From an uncultured archaeon (lineage in GTDB: Archaea; Asgardarchaeota; Heimdallarchaeia; Heimdallarchaeales; Kariarchaeaceae), in contig CAZYCQ010000009.1 in assembly GCA_964645535.1 (NCBI GenBank), positions 1 through 64,000 of the forward strand: a DNA stretch of 64,000 bases. Direction: 5' to 3'. This document shows positions 1 through 8,992 of this stretch, in pieces (positions within the stretch are counted from its first letter, which is position 1; each line of letters begins with the position of its first letter). A program made the position numbers and the translations under genes. A model generated the notes under the pieces. That model saw only the letters and a list, made by a program, of their open reading frames with translations. It was not told the DNA's origin and made no database searches.

Positions 1-11
1 TTTTCGGCTTT

Positions 12-1226
12 TCAATAACGAGTATCTCGCTTTCTTTCCTGTTTTCTTCTGATTAAAAATGCAGTTACTGGTGTATATATGAAGGGTGCATTGGTTTTTT
101 CATTGTTTGATCTGATTTCATTGCCAACGAGAAGAGTTATTGGTTCTGATTCTTGGATTCCTCCTTGGGCTTCCACTGTTATAACAATGGTGTAGTTGCC
201 AATTTGCTCTGCCAATAGATTTAAAGAAAATGTAATGTTCTGCAATGGACTCAACTCACTGATTTGGAATCTCGAACTGTTATTGACCATATTTAACCCC
301 GAAGGGAGAAAAACTAGAAGTGTGACATTTGTGGCTTTTGAATTTCCAAGATTTGTCAGGACAAATTTTAAGCTAAATGGTTGCTCCTGCTTCGCAATCT
401 CTGGTACCGAAATGTCTCGTATCTTCAAATTTGGTTTTTCGACACTTACGATCCATTCTGAAAAGCTTGTTGTGTTTGCAGTGATTGTATTGGCTGAGGG
501 ATCAATTATTCCATCCACCTGTTCGGTATTTCCATCATCTATTTTAAGCAATTTAATCCGATTTTCGTCAGCATTAACTCTGTCGATTTCGTTCTGACTA
601 TAGGTTATTTTGATGGTTCCTTTCTTGATGGGCTCTGTTGAATTCACTTCAATAATGAACTTGTCTGACACTGCAAGGAAATTTACTGGTGCGACTACCT
701 CTGCAAGTGGTTGTCTGGTGATCGTGATACTTATGGCTCCAGAAAGTGTTAAATTCAATCTAAAATTTCCTTCTTCAGAAATAAGTGAAAAATTTCCTGT
801 GGGTAGATCGATTGGCCGCCCATAACTGATATTGATTGGAACTGCTGATGGGTCTATGATCTGGATTTGCTCATAACCGCTTGTTGGTTTTCTATCTTCT
901 AGAGATCCTTGCACATAGAGTTCCAGCCAATATTTGATCACACTCCCGTTGTCTTGTCCTTGGAATACATATTGGAATTGTGTACCTCCTAAACTTTGCA
1001 TCATGGCTCTTGTTTCATTTTGGTCATTGATGGAAAATATGATTGTGATGTTATCAAACCCTTGGGGAAGAATATTCAACGTTGCCAAAACAATTATTTC
1101 CACGCCAGGGAATGGGTTGATTGGTGTATGGGAATAGTTTGCGATTATGGGGTCTAAACCCTGCGATTCCGCTGTTCCAAGCATCGATAAGATTAAAAGG
1201 ATGATAAGAATGTATTGGTGCCTCAC
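12..1226 (-). CDS. Secreted/surface protein: Ig-like N-domain, one PGF-pre-PGF/HFS-type domain (motif degenerate, TTSFS), CARDB/DUF11-like domain, C-terminal sorting-type tail
   Basis: Signal peptide MRHQYILIILLILSMLG; PINISYGRP...ITANTTSFSEW matches the repeat unit of the neighbouring gene; LTNLGNSKATNV is CARDB-like; ends NAPF-hydrophobic-RRK. Confidence 0.75.
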   Translation of the reverse strand: MRHQYILIILLILSMLGTAESQGLDPIIANYSHTPINPFPGVEIIVLATLNILPQGFDNITIIFSINDQNETRAMMQSLGGTQFQYVFQGQDNGSVIKYWLELYVQGSLEDRKPTSGYEQIQIIDPSAVPINISYGRPIDLPTGNFSLISEEGNFRLNLTLSGAISITITRQPLAEVVAPVNFLAVSDKFIIEVNSTEPIKKGTIKITYSQNEIDRVNADENRIKLLKIDDGNTEQVDGIIDPSANTITANTTSFSEWIVSVEKPNLKIRDISVPEIAKQEQPFSLKFVLTNLGNSKATNVTLLVFLPSGLNMVNNSSRFQISELSPLQNITFSLNLLAEQIGNYTIVITVEAQGGIQESEPITLLVGNEIRSNNEKTNAPFIYTPVTAFLIRRKQERKRDTRY

Positions 1227-1277
1227 TTGATCACCTACTAATTTAATTTGTCTTTTAATTTCTTTTGCATGATTGAA

Positions 1278-2846
1278 CTAATTCTTCCTTTTTCTAAATA
1301 AGGTTGCAACCATAATCCCTATTGCTCCAAACAGAAAGAGGACAGAAACCTCAGAGTTTGCAGAAGATTCTCCGTCAGTCTGACCTACTACTGTCCATAG
1401 ACTGAAATGAGTTGTGTTCGCATAAACTGCATTGTTTTCAACCCATGAAGGCACTCCTCTCCATTCCTTTGCACTCTCGTCAAAATATCGAAATTCTAAT
1501 GTATTGAGGTTTATTCCCTTTAGGTCAAGGTTTTCAAGAGGTAGGGTTAGGGTTGCATCGATCGAGGTCGATGAATCATTGACTGTAATGTCAATAAATA
1601 TCCCGGCAGATTGGAGGCCTTGAGGAAGTTCCCCTGCTGGATTTGATGTAAATTCTTCAATAGTGATTTCAACACCTTCTCCTGGAATCACCGCAACCAT
1701 AATTCCTGAGGGCGTTACCAACTCAACTCGTTCTCCTGGACGAACTGCAACTGGTTTTCCGGGTTGAATTTCCAAAGGTGCTCCTGGTTGAGCGATAGGA
1801 GTTGCTGGATTGGTTGGAATCTGCTGTATTTCTTCCTCGCCAGTCGCTGTCCAAACACTAAAATGTGTAGTGTTTCCATAAACCATTTTATTTTCCAAAT
1901 CTACCCATGACGGCACAGCTTCCCAAAGTCCAGTACTTTCATTATAGTATCTCATTTCAAGAGTTTCGGGATTGGTTCCATTGAGCATGGTTTCATTGTA
2001 TGGAACTGCAATAGTTGCGTTAAGTTCCACTGAAGTATCATTTGGCTCAATTGAAAGATAAATCCCCAGAGATACAATTCCTTGTTGCAATTCCCCTGCT
2101 GGATTGGATGTAAATTGATCAATTGTAATTTCTAGTCCTTCTGCTGGAGTGAGAGAGACTGAAATTCCAGATGGTGTTATCAGTTCTACTTCTTGACCCG
2201 GTTGAATGGATACCGGATTCCCAAGTGTTACATTGATTGGAATTCGGGTATCATTGACTGGTGGTTCTGTTGGTGGTTCTGGCGGTTGGGTTCCATTGGC
2301 TGTAAACGTCCAGATGCTGAAATGTGTGGTGTTTCCGTATACTACCTTATTTTCCAAATCCACCCAAGATGGAACTGCATCCCAGAGTCCGGTACTTTCA
2401 TTATAGTACCTCATTTCAAGGTCTTCTTCATTCGCTTCTCCAAGATTAGTTCCATTATATGGTACTGCAATAGTGGCTTCTACCTCAACATTGGTATCAT
2501 TAGGTTCTATTGAAAGGAAAAAGTCAAATGACACTAGACCTTCTTGGATAGGTCCAGCAGGATTAACGTCAAATTCCTCCATGGTAATTTCTAAATTGTC
2601 TCCTGGAATGAGACTGACTGAAATTCCTGTGGGTGTTACCAATTCTACGCTTTCATTTCCTGCAACGCTAACAGGGGTTCCATATGTTACATTGACAGGA
2701 ACACTAACGTTCCCGGGAAAGTTCGGGTTTTCTGGAGGTGTTTCCATAACGACTTTCTCGGCTTTGATATTGGATGGTGCTGCAAGCATCATTCCTAAAA
2801 AAATCATAACTCCAACAGTGGAGGTCACAAGTTTCATGAATTTCAT
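1278..2846 (-). CDS. Cell-surface glycoprotein with three tandem ~150-aa domains each ending in NTTHFSxW; C-terminal anchor
   Basis: Signal peptide; three copies of ELxTPxGI.V...NPAG...RY(Y/F)xES...W..VPSWV...NTTHFS; Pro-rich linkers; many N-x-S/T sequons; TM helix + RKRKN. Confidence 0.85.
   Translation of the reverse strand: MKFMKLVTSTVGVMIFLGMMLAAPSNIKAEKVVMETPPENPNFPGNVSVPVNVTYGTPVSVAGNESVELVTPTGISVSLIPGDNLEITMEEFDVNPAGPIQEGLVSFDFFLSIEPNDTNVEVEATIAVPYNGTNLGEANEEDLEMRYYNESTGLWDAVPSWVDLENKVVYGNTTHFSIWTFTANGTQPPEPPTEPPVNDTRIPINVTLGNPVSIQPGQEVELITPSGISVSLTPAEGLEITIDQFTSNPAGELQQGIVSLGIYLSIEPNDTSVELNATIAVPYNETMLNGTNPETLEMRYYNESTGLWEAVPSWVDLENKMVYGNTTHFSVWTATGEEEIQQIPTNPATPIAQPGAPLEIQPGKPVAVRPGERVELVTPSGIMVAVIPGEGVEITIEEFTSNPAGELPQGLQSAGIFIDITVNDSSTSIDATLTLPLENLDLKGINLNTLEFRYFDESAKEWRGVPSWVENNAVYANTTHFSLWTVVGQTDGESSANSEVSVLFLFGAIGIMVATLFRKRKN
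1395..2700 (-). repeat. Intragenic triplication of a ~456-459 nt domain-coding unit
   Basis: HFS codons at 2316-2324, 1857-1865 and 1401-1409; near-identical DNA blocks such as gtactttcattatagta(c/t)ctcatttcaag in copies 1 and 2. Confidence 0.85.
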
Positions 2847-2985
2847 GCTAACCTGAATATGGGTAATTGGTTATTAGTCGATTTGGAATTTTTGAGTTTA
2901 GAACAGTTTCGTACCTTTTCATTTTTAATGATGAATTTGTACCTTCTGGGCTTTAACATCTTGGTTTCAGTTTAATAAAACTGTT

Positions 2986-4551
2986 TTATATGGTATAACT
3001 GTCGGTAGTTTCCACATTTTTTGTGGCATCGTACGGACTTGAGCTTATGACGTCCCTCACGGAAACAACATGTGTCCCTTCGGTAGCTGGATCAACCTGA
3101 AAATTGGCAATTCCCGTTGAATCGGTGGTTGCAGTCATTATCTTACTAGTTCCATCTGGGAACTCCCAAAGAATTTCAACAGTAGCTCCAGCTACCACAT
3201 TTCCATCTTGATCCTGTATTAAAATAAATGCATCCAGTCTATAATGAGGATTCTTTCCTCGAATGTAATCCAAGTCCCATGTTATTGACTGAACGTAAAT
3301 ATATGATGAATTTGTAGTTTCTTCCATTGTAGTTGCAGAAACTGGATCTGATAGATCTCCTTCATTTCCACTTGTGTCCACCGCGCTGACTTGATACGTA
3401 TATGTGGTATTTGCATCAAGTCCGATATCTGAATATGACGTAGTTGAACTGGTGTCTATAAATATCCCGTCCCTGTAAATTTTGTAATATGCAAGATCGT
3501 TTTCAGTATTTCCATCCCATCCTAAGTCAATCTGACTCGATGAAGCTGTTGTTGCAGTTAACCCTGTGACTTTTGCTGGAGGTGTGGTGTCATCTGATGT
3601 AGATGTTATATCAATCACTGCATCAACAGAGTAATGATCCGATCCTGTGTCTGCTGTGGGAGTGTCTCCAACAGTCGAGGAAATGAAATTATCTAGAGTA
3701 AAATACTGATTGGCTATAAGGAAGTCAATTCTTCCGTCTCGATTATTTGCTTGGTGACCATATGTGTACCCAGGATCTGCGGGATTCAATTCTCTAAAAA
3801 TATCAATCCAACTATGTATATTAGATGATGAAGATCCATAGGTGGGATCATCTGGGCGAACCATCATGGTCATCGGACCCCATCCCAAGTCATCGCTGTC
3901 GGGCGCCAAATTTGGATCTTCCACATCTATTGGCGAAAATGAATTGAGATCTCCTGCATAAATGATCGGCACATCTCCCAAACTATCCATGTAGTTTATA
4001 ATGCCTTCCTGTTGCTTATTCCTTTTTTGTTCGTTTTCTGGATTCCCTGCACAACATTTTAGGTGAGAAGCAATGACATGCACATAAAACCCACCAATGT
4101 CAACAGTCACATCGAAAAAATCGTGGGAAACGTCGAAAACAGTTCCATCGTCAAGAATAACTTCCGGGATCTGGGTTACATTAATGATGGGAAACCTTGA
4201 AAACACCGCTTCTCCTGAAGTTTCATATTCAATATTTTGTGTTGTCACACATTGGTATGGATCTTCAGTCGAAAAAAACTGGTTTAATTCATCACAGTAC
4301 TGGTTAAGGAGTGCATTGTTGTTGTCGTCCCATGCTCCAGTCTCAATAAAGACTGCAATGTCCGGATTTTCTTCCTTGACTACCTGTATCCAATCTGGAT
4401 TTTTTCCAGATTCTTCAATATTATAGGTCATAACCTTGAAAGGTTCACTATTCGCTGCATGCGTTTCTCCAATAGGTGAAAATTGCACCATTCCTATAAC
4501 TAGAATGATTAGGATTATCCTTTTCAGGAAAAATGACTTCTGTCGCATCAT
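2986..4551 (-). CDS. Secreted endonuclease/exonuclease/phosphatase (EEP) family protein with fibronectin type III and C-terminal Ig-like domains
   Basis: Signal peptide; KVMTYNI, GDLNS, RIDF and SDHY EEP motifs; PPAKVTGL...W...Y.IYRDG...Y.YQVSAVD FN3 pattern. Confidence 0.85.
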   Translation of the reverse strand: MMRQKSFFLKRIILIILVIGMVQFSPIGETHAANSEPFKVMTYNIEESGKNPDWIQVVKEENPDIAVFIETGAWDDNNNALLNQYCDELNQFFSTEDPYQCVTTQNIEYETSGEAVFSRFPIINVTQIPEVILDDGTVFDVSHDFFDVTVDIGGFYVHVIASHLKCCAGNPENEQKRNKQQEGIINYMDSLGDVPIIYAGDLNSFSPIDVEDPNLAPDSDDLGWGPMTMMVRPDDPTYGSSSSNIHSWIDIFRELNPADPGYTYGHQANNRDGRIDFLIANQYFTLDNFISSTVGDTPTADTGSDHYSVDAVIDITSTSDDTTPPAKVTGLTATTASSSQIDLGWDGNTENDLAYYKIYRDGIFIDTSSTTSYSDIGLDANTTYTYQVSAVDTSGNEGDLSDPVSATTMEETTNSSYIYVQSITWDLDYIRGKNPHYRLDAFILIQDQDGNVVAGATVEILWEFPDGTSKIMTATTDSTGIANFQVDPATEGTHVVSVRDVISSSPYDATKNVETTDSYTI

Positions 4552-4661
4552 ATCGCATTTATTTTTGAAAATTATTTAAATTTTTTGTAAATATTTGCAT
4601 TTCTTTTCTACTATTGCGCCGCGGTCAAATAGTCTATTAATGAAGCTTCCCTCTACGATTA

Positions 4662-6026
4662 ATGAGTCCGATCAAGGCTATTTTATTCGATTTGGATGAT
4701 ACGCTTTACCCATATGAGGAGAACCATGAACTTGCTCTGAGAAATGCGTATAATTATTGGTATGAATTGACGGGCGATGATTTCCGGACGTTCAGGCAGA
4801 AGTACAGGGATGCACGGACCCGCGTCAAGCGGTTCCTTTCAGATACGGCCGCAAGCCACTCTCGACCATTGTATTTCCAGACCATGGTTGAACAGGAATT
4901 CAAAAGGTCTTTGGCCTACCATGCGGCTGAATTGACTGCCCGGTATTGGGATGAATTCATTCGGGTAATCAAGCCCTTCCCGCATGTGATGGAGTTCCTC
5001 AAGCGAAGATCTGAGGAAGGAATCATGCTTGGAATAATTACCAACATGTCTGCAGAAGTCCAGTTGAGAAAGCTTCACGCTCTCGAAATCGATGGCCATT
5101 TCGAGATTATGGTCACCAGTGAGGAGGTTGGGAAGGAAAAACCGCATCCCCATATCTTTCTGCATGCCCTCAACAAATTGAAAATTCCTCCACAAAAGGC
5201 AATCATGATCGGGGATTCCTATGAGGCTGACTACGAACCCGCAAAATTTCTGGAAATGCAGGCAATCCTTCTTGACCATCGCAACAAATATCGCAACAAG
5301 GAAGCCCTTCGTGCCTCTACATTTGGCGAAATCGAAAACATCCTGCGATCGCTGAAACCAAAGGATGGTGTCATCAAATATGGTCTAATTTATAGGCAAA
5401 AGACGATCTCACTTCCTGAACCACTGGTCCAACAAACCATTGCTGTTCGGGATAAATTATGGGAAATGGGTCTGATTGGTCGCTATCCAGATACTCATCC
5501 AGAATTCGCTGGCTTGGGTTATGGCAATGTAAGCCTCCGATTTTCCCAAGATAACCAATTTATTGTCACTGGATCTCAAACAGGTTATCTTCCTAAGCTT
5601 GATGCAGATCACGTGGCTCTTGTGACGGATTTTGACATTGATGCAAATGAAATGGTCTCGAAAGGACCAATAAAACCATCTTCAGAAAGCCTGACTCATG
5701 CCGCGATCTACGAGATTTCCCCTGAAACGCAATGTGTGATCCATATCCATAACAATGCTATGTGGCGGGCTTACAAGGAACTTAAAACACTAGTCACACC
5801 TAAGGGTGTTGAATACGGCACTCCACAAATGGCACGGGCAGTTCAGGATGCCTTTCGTAAAGCCGAGGGTAATCCTGTCGCTGTCATCATGCTTGGTCAT
5901 GAAGATGGCATAATTACTTGGGGAAGATCCTCTGAAGAAGCCCTGAAAGTTATTCTTGATTTGGTGGACAAGTACCAACAGATATCTCCCCTCAGAAGGC
6001 AATGGACTAATGATCAAAAGAAATAG
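4662..6026 (+). CDS. HAD-family hydrolase fused to a class II aldolase/adducin domain
   Basis: FDLDDTLY, GIITN, KPHP and IGDS HAD motifs; then GNVS, PSSE..TH, HIH and GH class II aldolase motifs. Confidence 0.85.
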   Translation: MSPIKAILFDLDDTLYPYEENHELALRNAYNYWYELTGDDFRTFRQKYRDARTRVKRFLSDTAASHSRPLYFQTMVEQEFKRSLAYHAAELTARYWDEFIRVIKPFPHVMEFLKRRSEEGIMLGIITNMSAEVQLRKLHALEIDGHFEIMVTSEEVGKEKPHPHIFLHALNKLKIPPQKAIMIGDSYEADYEPAKFLEMQAILLDHRNKYRNKEALRASTFGEIENILRSLKPKDGVIKYGLIYRQKTISLPEPLVQQTIAVRDKLWEMGLIGRYPDTHPEFAGLGYGNVSLRFSQDNQFIVTGSQTGYLPKLDADHVALVTDFDIDANEMVSKGPIKPSSESLTHAAIYEISPETQCVIHIHNNAMWRAYKELKTLVTPKGVEYGTPQMARAVQDAFRKAEGNPVAVIMLGHEDGIITWGRSSEEALKVILDLVDKYQQISPLRRQWTNDQKK

Positions 6027-6528
6027 TTTCTTTTTGTCCAAGTAAGTCGTTAATGACATCTATCATGGTCAAAAATTGGTTTCGATATCTTTTCAAATCA
6101 TCTGAACTCTTGTTTGAAAAATAACTCCTTATCCTCTTCTTGAAATTCTCCAATGATTTGGGATCTGAAAGATCTGGCATTTCTCCATGGAAAAGCGGAC
6201 TATTGGTTCTCAATCTGTCAAATACCTTTAGGCCAATTGATGTGATTTGATATACCTTCTCTTTTTTGTTGTCCGTCTCTACTTCCTCGATCATGCCCAG
6301 TTGTTGCATTTCCCTAAGAATTGGATAAACCGAACCTGGTGATGGAATCCATCTGTTATGGGAATATGATGCAATGAAATTGATGATGTCCATGCCTGTG
6401 AGCTTTGGGAAATTTCCTTCTTCCTTGTCACGAAACCTTTTCAGGATGATGAGTCTGAGGAAACCGCGCTTGACCTTTTTTTCCCAAGTTGCATATGCCT
6501 TCTCAACGGCATCTACCCCTGCTTGCAT
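6007..6528 (-). CDS. PadR family transcriptional regulator
   Basis: GFLRLIIL...G.DII...W.PSPGSVYPILREM...G.I...KVYQITSIG. Confidence 0.85.
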   Translation of the reverse strand: MQAGVDAVEKAYATWEKKVKRGFLRLIILKRFRDKEEGNFPKLTGMDIINFIASYSHNRWIPSPGSVYPILREMQQLGMIEEVETDNKKEKVYQITSIGLKVFDRLRTNSPLFHGEMPDLSDPKSLENFKKRIRSYFSNKSSDDLKRYRNQFLTMIDVINDLLGQKETISFDH

Positions 6529-6637
6529 TGTCTTTCAGAATAGGGATGGTTTGTGTGTAGTTAACCTTTTCGATGCAAAAAGGTTCTTCTTTTCTAAGGA
6601 GTTAGTGTTTAAATTAAGTCATCCTATTGAGGGAAGG

Positions 6638-7837
6638 ATGTGGAAAATTCTTTTTGTCGGAATTGAAATGACCCTGATTATTTCAGTGGTCTTGGTGGAA
6701 GGCCAACCTTCTCTTCACCAGCAACGGGGACGTGAAGGATCCGTCCTCGACTGTTCAGATCCAACAGGGACATATTACCGCGAAGCGATACCTTCAATAG
6801 ATGCTCCCACATATGAAACTGTTCCTGAAGCAGATAACTACCTTGACCGTGGTGATCGCATTGTCGGTTTTTTCATTGATGGAACCTGGTATGGTTTTCC
6901 CATACGGATACTGAATCGGCATGAAATAGTGAATGATCTTGAATTAGGCTTGTCCATTACATATTGTCCTCTGACAGGTTCTGCACTGGTCTATCCATTG
7001 AATCAGCTTGATGGTAGCACTCTTGGAGTTACTGGTTACCTTTTTGAATCGAATCTTGTTTTCTATGATAGGCATTCTGATAGCTGTTTTGTTCAAATGC
7101 TCAGCCTTAGTCTTTCCGGTGAAAGGTTAGGACAAAGATTGACCTATATTCCAACTGTGGATCTTTTTTGGGATGACTGGATGGCTCTATTCCCCGATAG
7201 TATGATACTAAGTAGAAACAGCGGTTTCGATCCAGCATACTATGCTGAAGATCAATACCGGAGTTATAGCAAAGACAATTCAATTCTATATCCTGCAAAT
7301 TTCTTGGATGATGAACCATACAATCTGTATCATCCTAAGACACGTACAATGGTTATCGAACTGGGCAATAAGACTTTTCTCTTTCCAAGCGAGGAATTCT
7401 CAACGGATATGGTTGTCCAATTTTCACAGGGCAACGAAGATTATGTAGTTTTCCATGATAATTCCTCTGGACTATTGCAGGCTTTCAAGGCCAATGGAAA
7501 ATTTACACCTTTTCGGAATGAGAAAGGGTTGTATTTCCTAGATGAGGAAGGTAAGGGATATGATGTCCTTGGGAAGGGAATCATCAACCATGAGGATAAA
7601 TTAGATGTAATTCCAACTTTTGTCTCATATTGGTATGCTGCAATTGTTTTCTTTCCTAATTCGAAAATCTTCACTGATACTGACTTTCTCAACTATGATG
7701 TAGCTGTTGGAAACCCCTATGTGGTAATTCCTGCCCAGAAAGCTAGTAACCGTTTCTTCATTTTTGGTATACTTGTCCTGACAATCTCATTCATGGTTAC
7801 ATTAAGATGGATGTGGAAGCGTCAAAAGGGTGAATAA
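6638..7837 (+). CDS. DUF3179 domain-containing secreted/membrane-anchored protein
   Basis: IPSIDAP, RHEIVND, ITYCPLTGS, GYLFESNLVFYDR; start moved to ATG 6638, which begins a signal-like segment; C-terminal TM + basic tail. Confidence 0.8.
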   Translation: MWKILFVGIEMTLIISVVLVEGQPSLHQQRGREGSVLDCSDPTGTYYREAIPSIDAPTYETVPEADNYLDRGDRIVGFFIDGTWYGFPIRILNRHEIVNDLELGLSITYCPLTGSALVYPLNQLDGSTLGVTGYLFESNLVFYDRHSDSCFVQMLSLSLSGERLGQRLTYIPTVDLFWDDWMALFPDSMILSRNSGFDPAYYAEDQYRSYSKDNSILYPANFLDDEPYNLYHPKTRTMVIELGNKTFLFPSEEFSTDMVVQFSQGNEDYVVFHDNSSGLLQAFKANGKFTPFRNEKGLYFLDEEGKGYDVLGKGIINHEDKLDVIPTFVSYWYAAIVFFPNSKIFTDTDFLNYDVAVGNPYVVIPAQKASNRFFIFGILVLTISFMVTLRWMWKRQKGE

Positions 7838-7927
7838 TTGCTCAAATAATATGATGTTTTCAACATTCAAGAAAATTTCAAGTAATTTTGAACCAAAAGT
7901 ACAATAATTGATATGTCGTAATTTAAT

Positions 7928-8356
7928 ATGTCGGGTGATGATATAATGATGTTCGACAACTACCACCCATTTTTCGGATTTTGGATGCTTGGCATCCTTG
8001 TACTATTGGTGATCGCTTTGCTTGTTGCAAGTGATGCCTCAAAATTTGGTGAAAACGGATTCCTTTGGGGATTTGTTGTTTTCATCATGCCCATGATGGG
8101 TCTCTTGATTTACGCTATTGTAAGATCTGGTTGGGTAATCAAGACTTCTTCCATTCCCTCAACAACGGTTCCAGTTCAAACAAAGGTTCCAACAACCTCT
8201 CAACCTGCTCCTACACAATACCCTTCTACAAGTATTGCCGTAGCTCCTAGCACTGCACCTACTGATGTAATTTATTGCACCATATGTGGAACCCCAAATC
8301 CAAATGATGCAGTCTTTTGCAAGAAATGTGGAAACAAAATTCCAGGCGGTGCATGA
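7928..8356 (+). CDS. Small membrane protein with Pro/Thr/Ser linker and C-terminal zinc ribbon
   Basis: Two hydrophobic segments (PLDc_N-like); CTICG..N...AVFCKKCG. Confidence 0.75.
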   Translation: MSGDDIMMFDNYHPFFGFWMLGILVLLVIALLVASDASKFGENGFLWGFVVFIMPMMGLLIYAIVRSGWVIKTSSIPSTTVPVQTKVPTTSQPAPTQYPSTSIAVAPSTAPTDVIYCTICGTPNPNDAVFCKKCGNKIPGGA

Positions 8357-8357
8357 A

Positions 8358-8750
8358 ATGTGCGGATCACGTCTTGCCCGAAGAGTGCATCGACATCATG
8401 AGGAAACAGTGCAGCAGAATCACATTCAAAAAGCTACCTCTCACATCTTCCGTTCTTCCGAGGTAATGTGCATTGAATGTGGGAAGATGAACCCTGAAGG
8501 CAGTAAATTCTGTATTGCTTGTGGATCTGCAATCCGAATCTGTCCGATAAGCATGCAACCCTTTCATCCAGGAGATAACTATGCGAGATGTATCCATTGT
8601 GACAGTTATTTCCATTTGGATCATCTAAAAGATTGGATGAATGGAAATTGTCCCATCTGCAAGAATCCCCTTGAGGTGGTGCTTGGAAAATTTGAGCATA
8701 TTGCTCCTCCCTCATCCAAAAATAGAGCATCTAAAATGGCCATGGACTGA
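8358..8750 (+). CDS. Zinc ribbon + RING-like finger protein
   Basis: CIECG..NPEGSKFCIACG then CPIS-x12-CIHC-x3-HxxH-xxxW-x4-CPIC; ATG 8358 follows the upstream stop. Confidence 0.7.
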   Translation: MCGSRLARRVHRHHEETVQQNHIQKATSHIFRSSEVMCIECGKMNPEGSKFCIACGSAIRICPISMQPFHPGDNYARCIHCDSYFHLDHLKDWMNGNCPICKNPLEVVLGKFEHIAPPSSKNRASKMAMD

Positions 8751-8901
8751 AGGAAGTGAATCATCCATAGTTTCCATCATATGAAATCAATTTTTTTCTT
8801 GTCCTTTCTCATTCTGGAAATTACACTTTTTGTGAAGTTGCCTGCATTGTTCAGTATCCAAATGAAAAACCTAAAAATGATGATGAACTTTCTGAAATCA
8901 A

Positions 8902-8972
8902 GCGCACGTGGTGTAATGGCAGCATTGGAGCCTCCCACGCTCTAGATCCGGGTTCGAATCCCGGCGTGCGCA
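8902..8972 (+). tRNA. tRNA-Gly (anticodon CCC), intronless, CCA not encoded
   Basis: Acceptor stem GCGCACG/CGTGCGC + discriminator A; anticodon arm GGAGC-CTCCCAC-GCTCT; T arm CCGGG-TTCGAAT-CCCGG. Confidence 0.95.
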
Positions 8973-8992
8973 TTTCTCCCGTTTGGCTTTTC

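Noticed and set aside
6374-6637. Long 5' extensions in the ORF track (also 8286, 10168, 15566, 28020, 62225, 62437)
   Set aside because: They overlap neighbouring genes or promoters; downstream starts give proper signal peptides or domain boundaries.
6638-7837. Selenoprotein form of DUF3179
   Set aside because: The motif is TYCPL with a normal Cys codon; no in-frame TGA.
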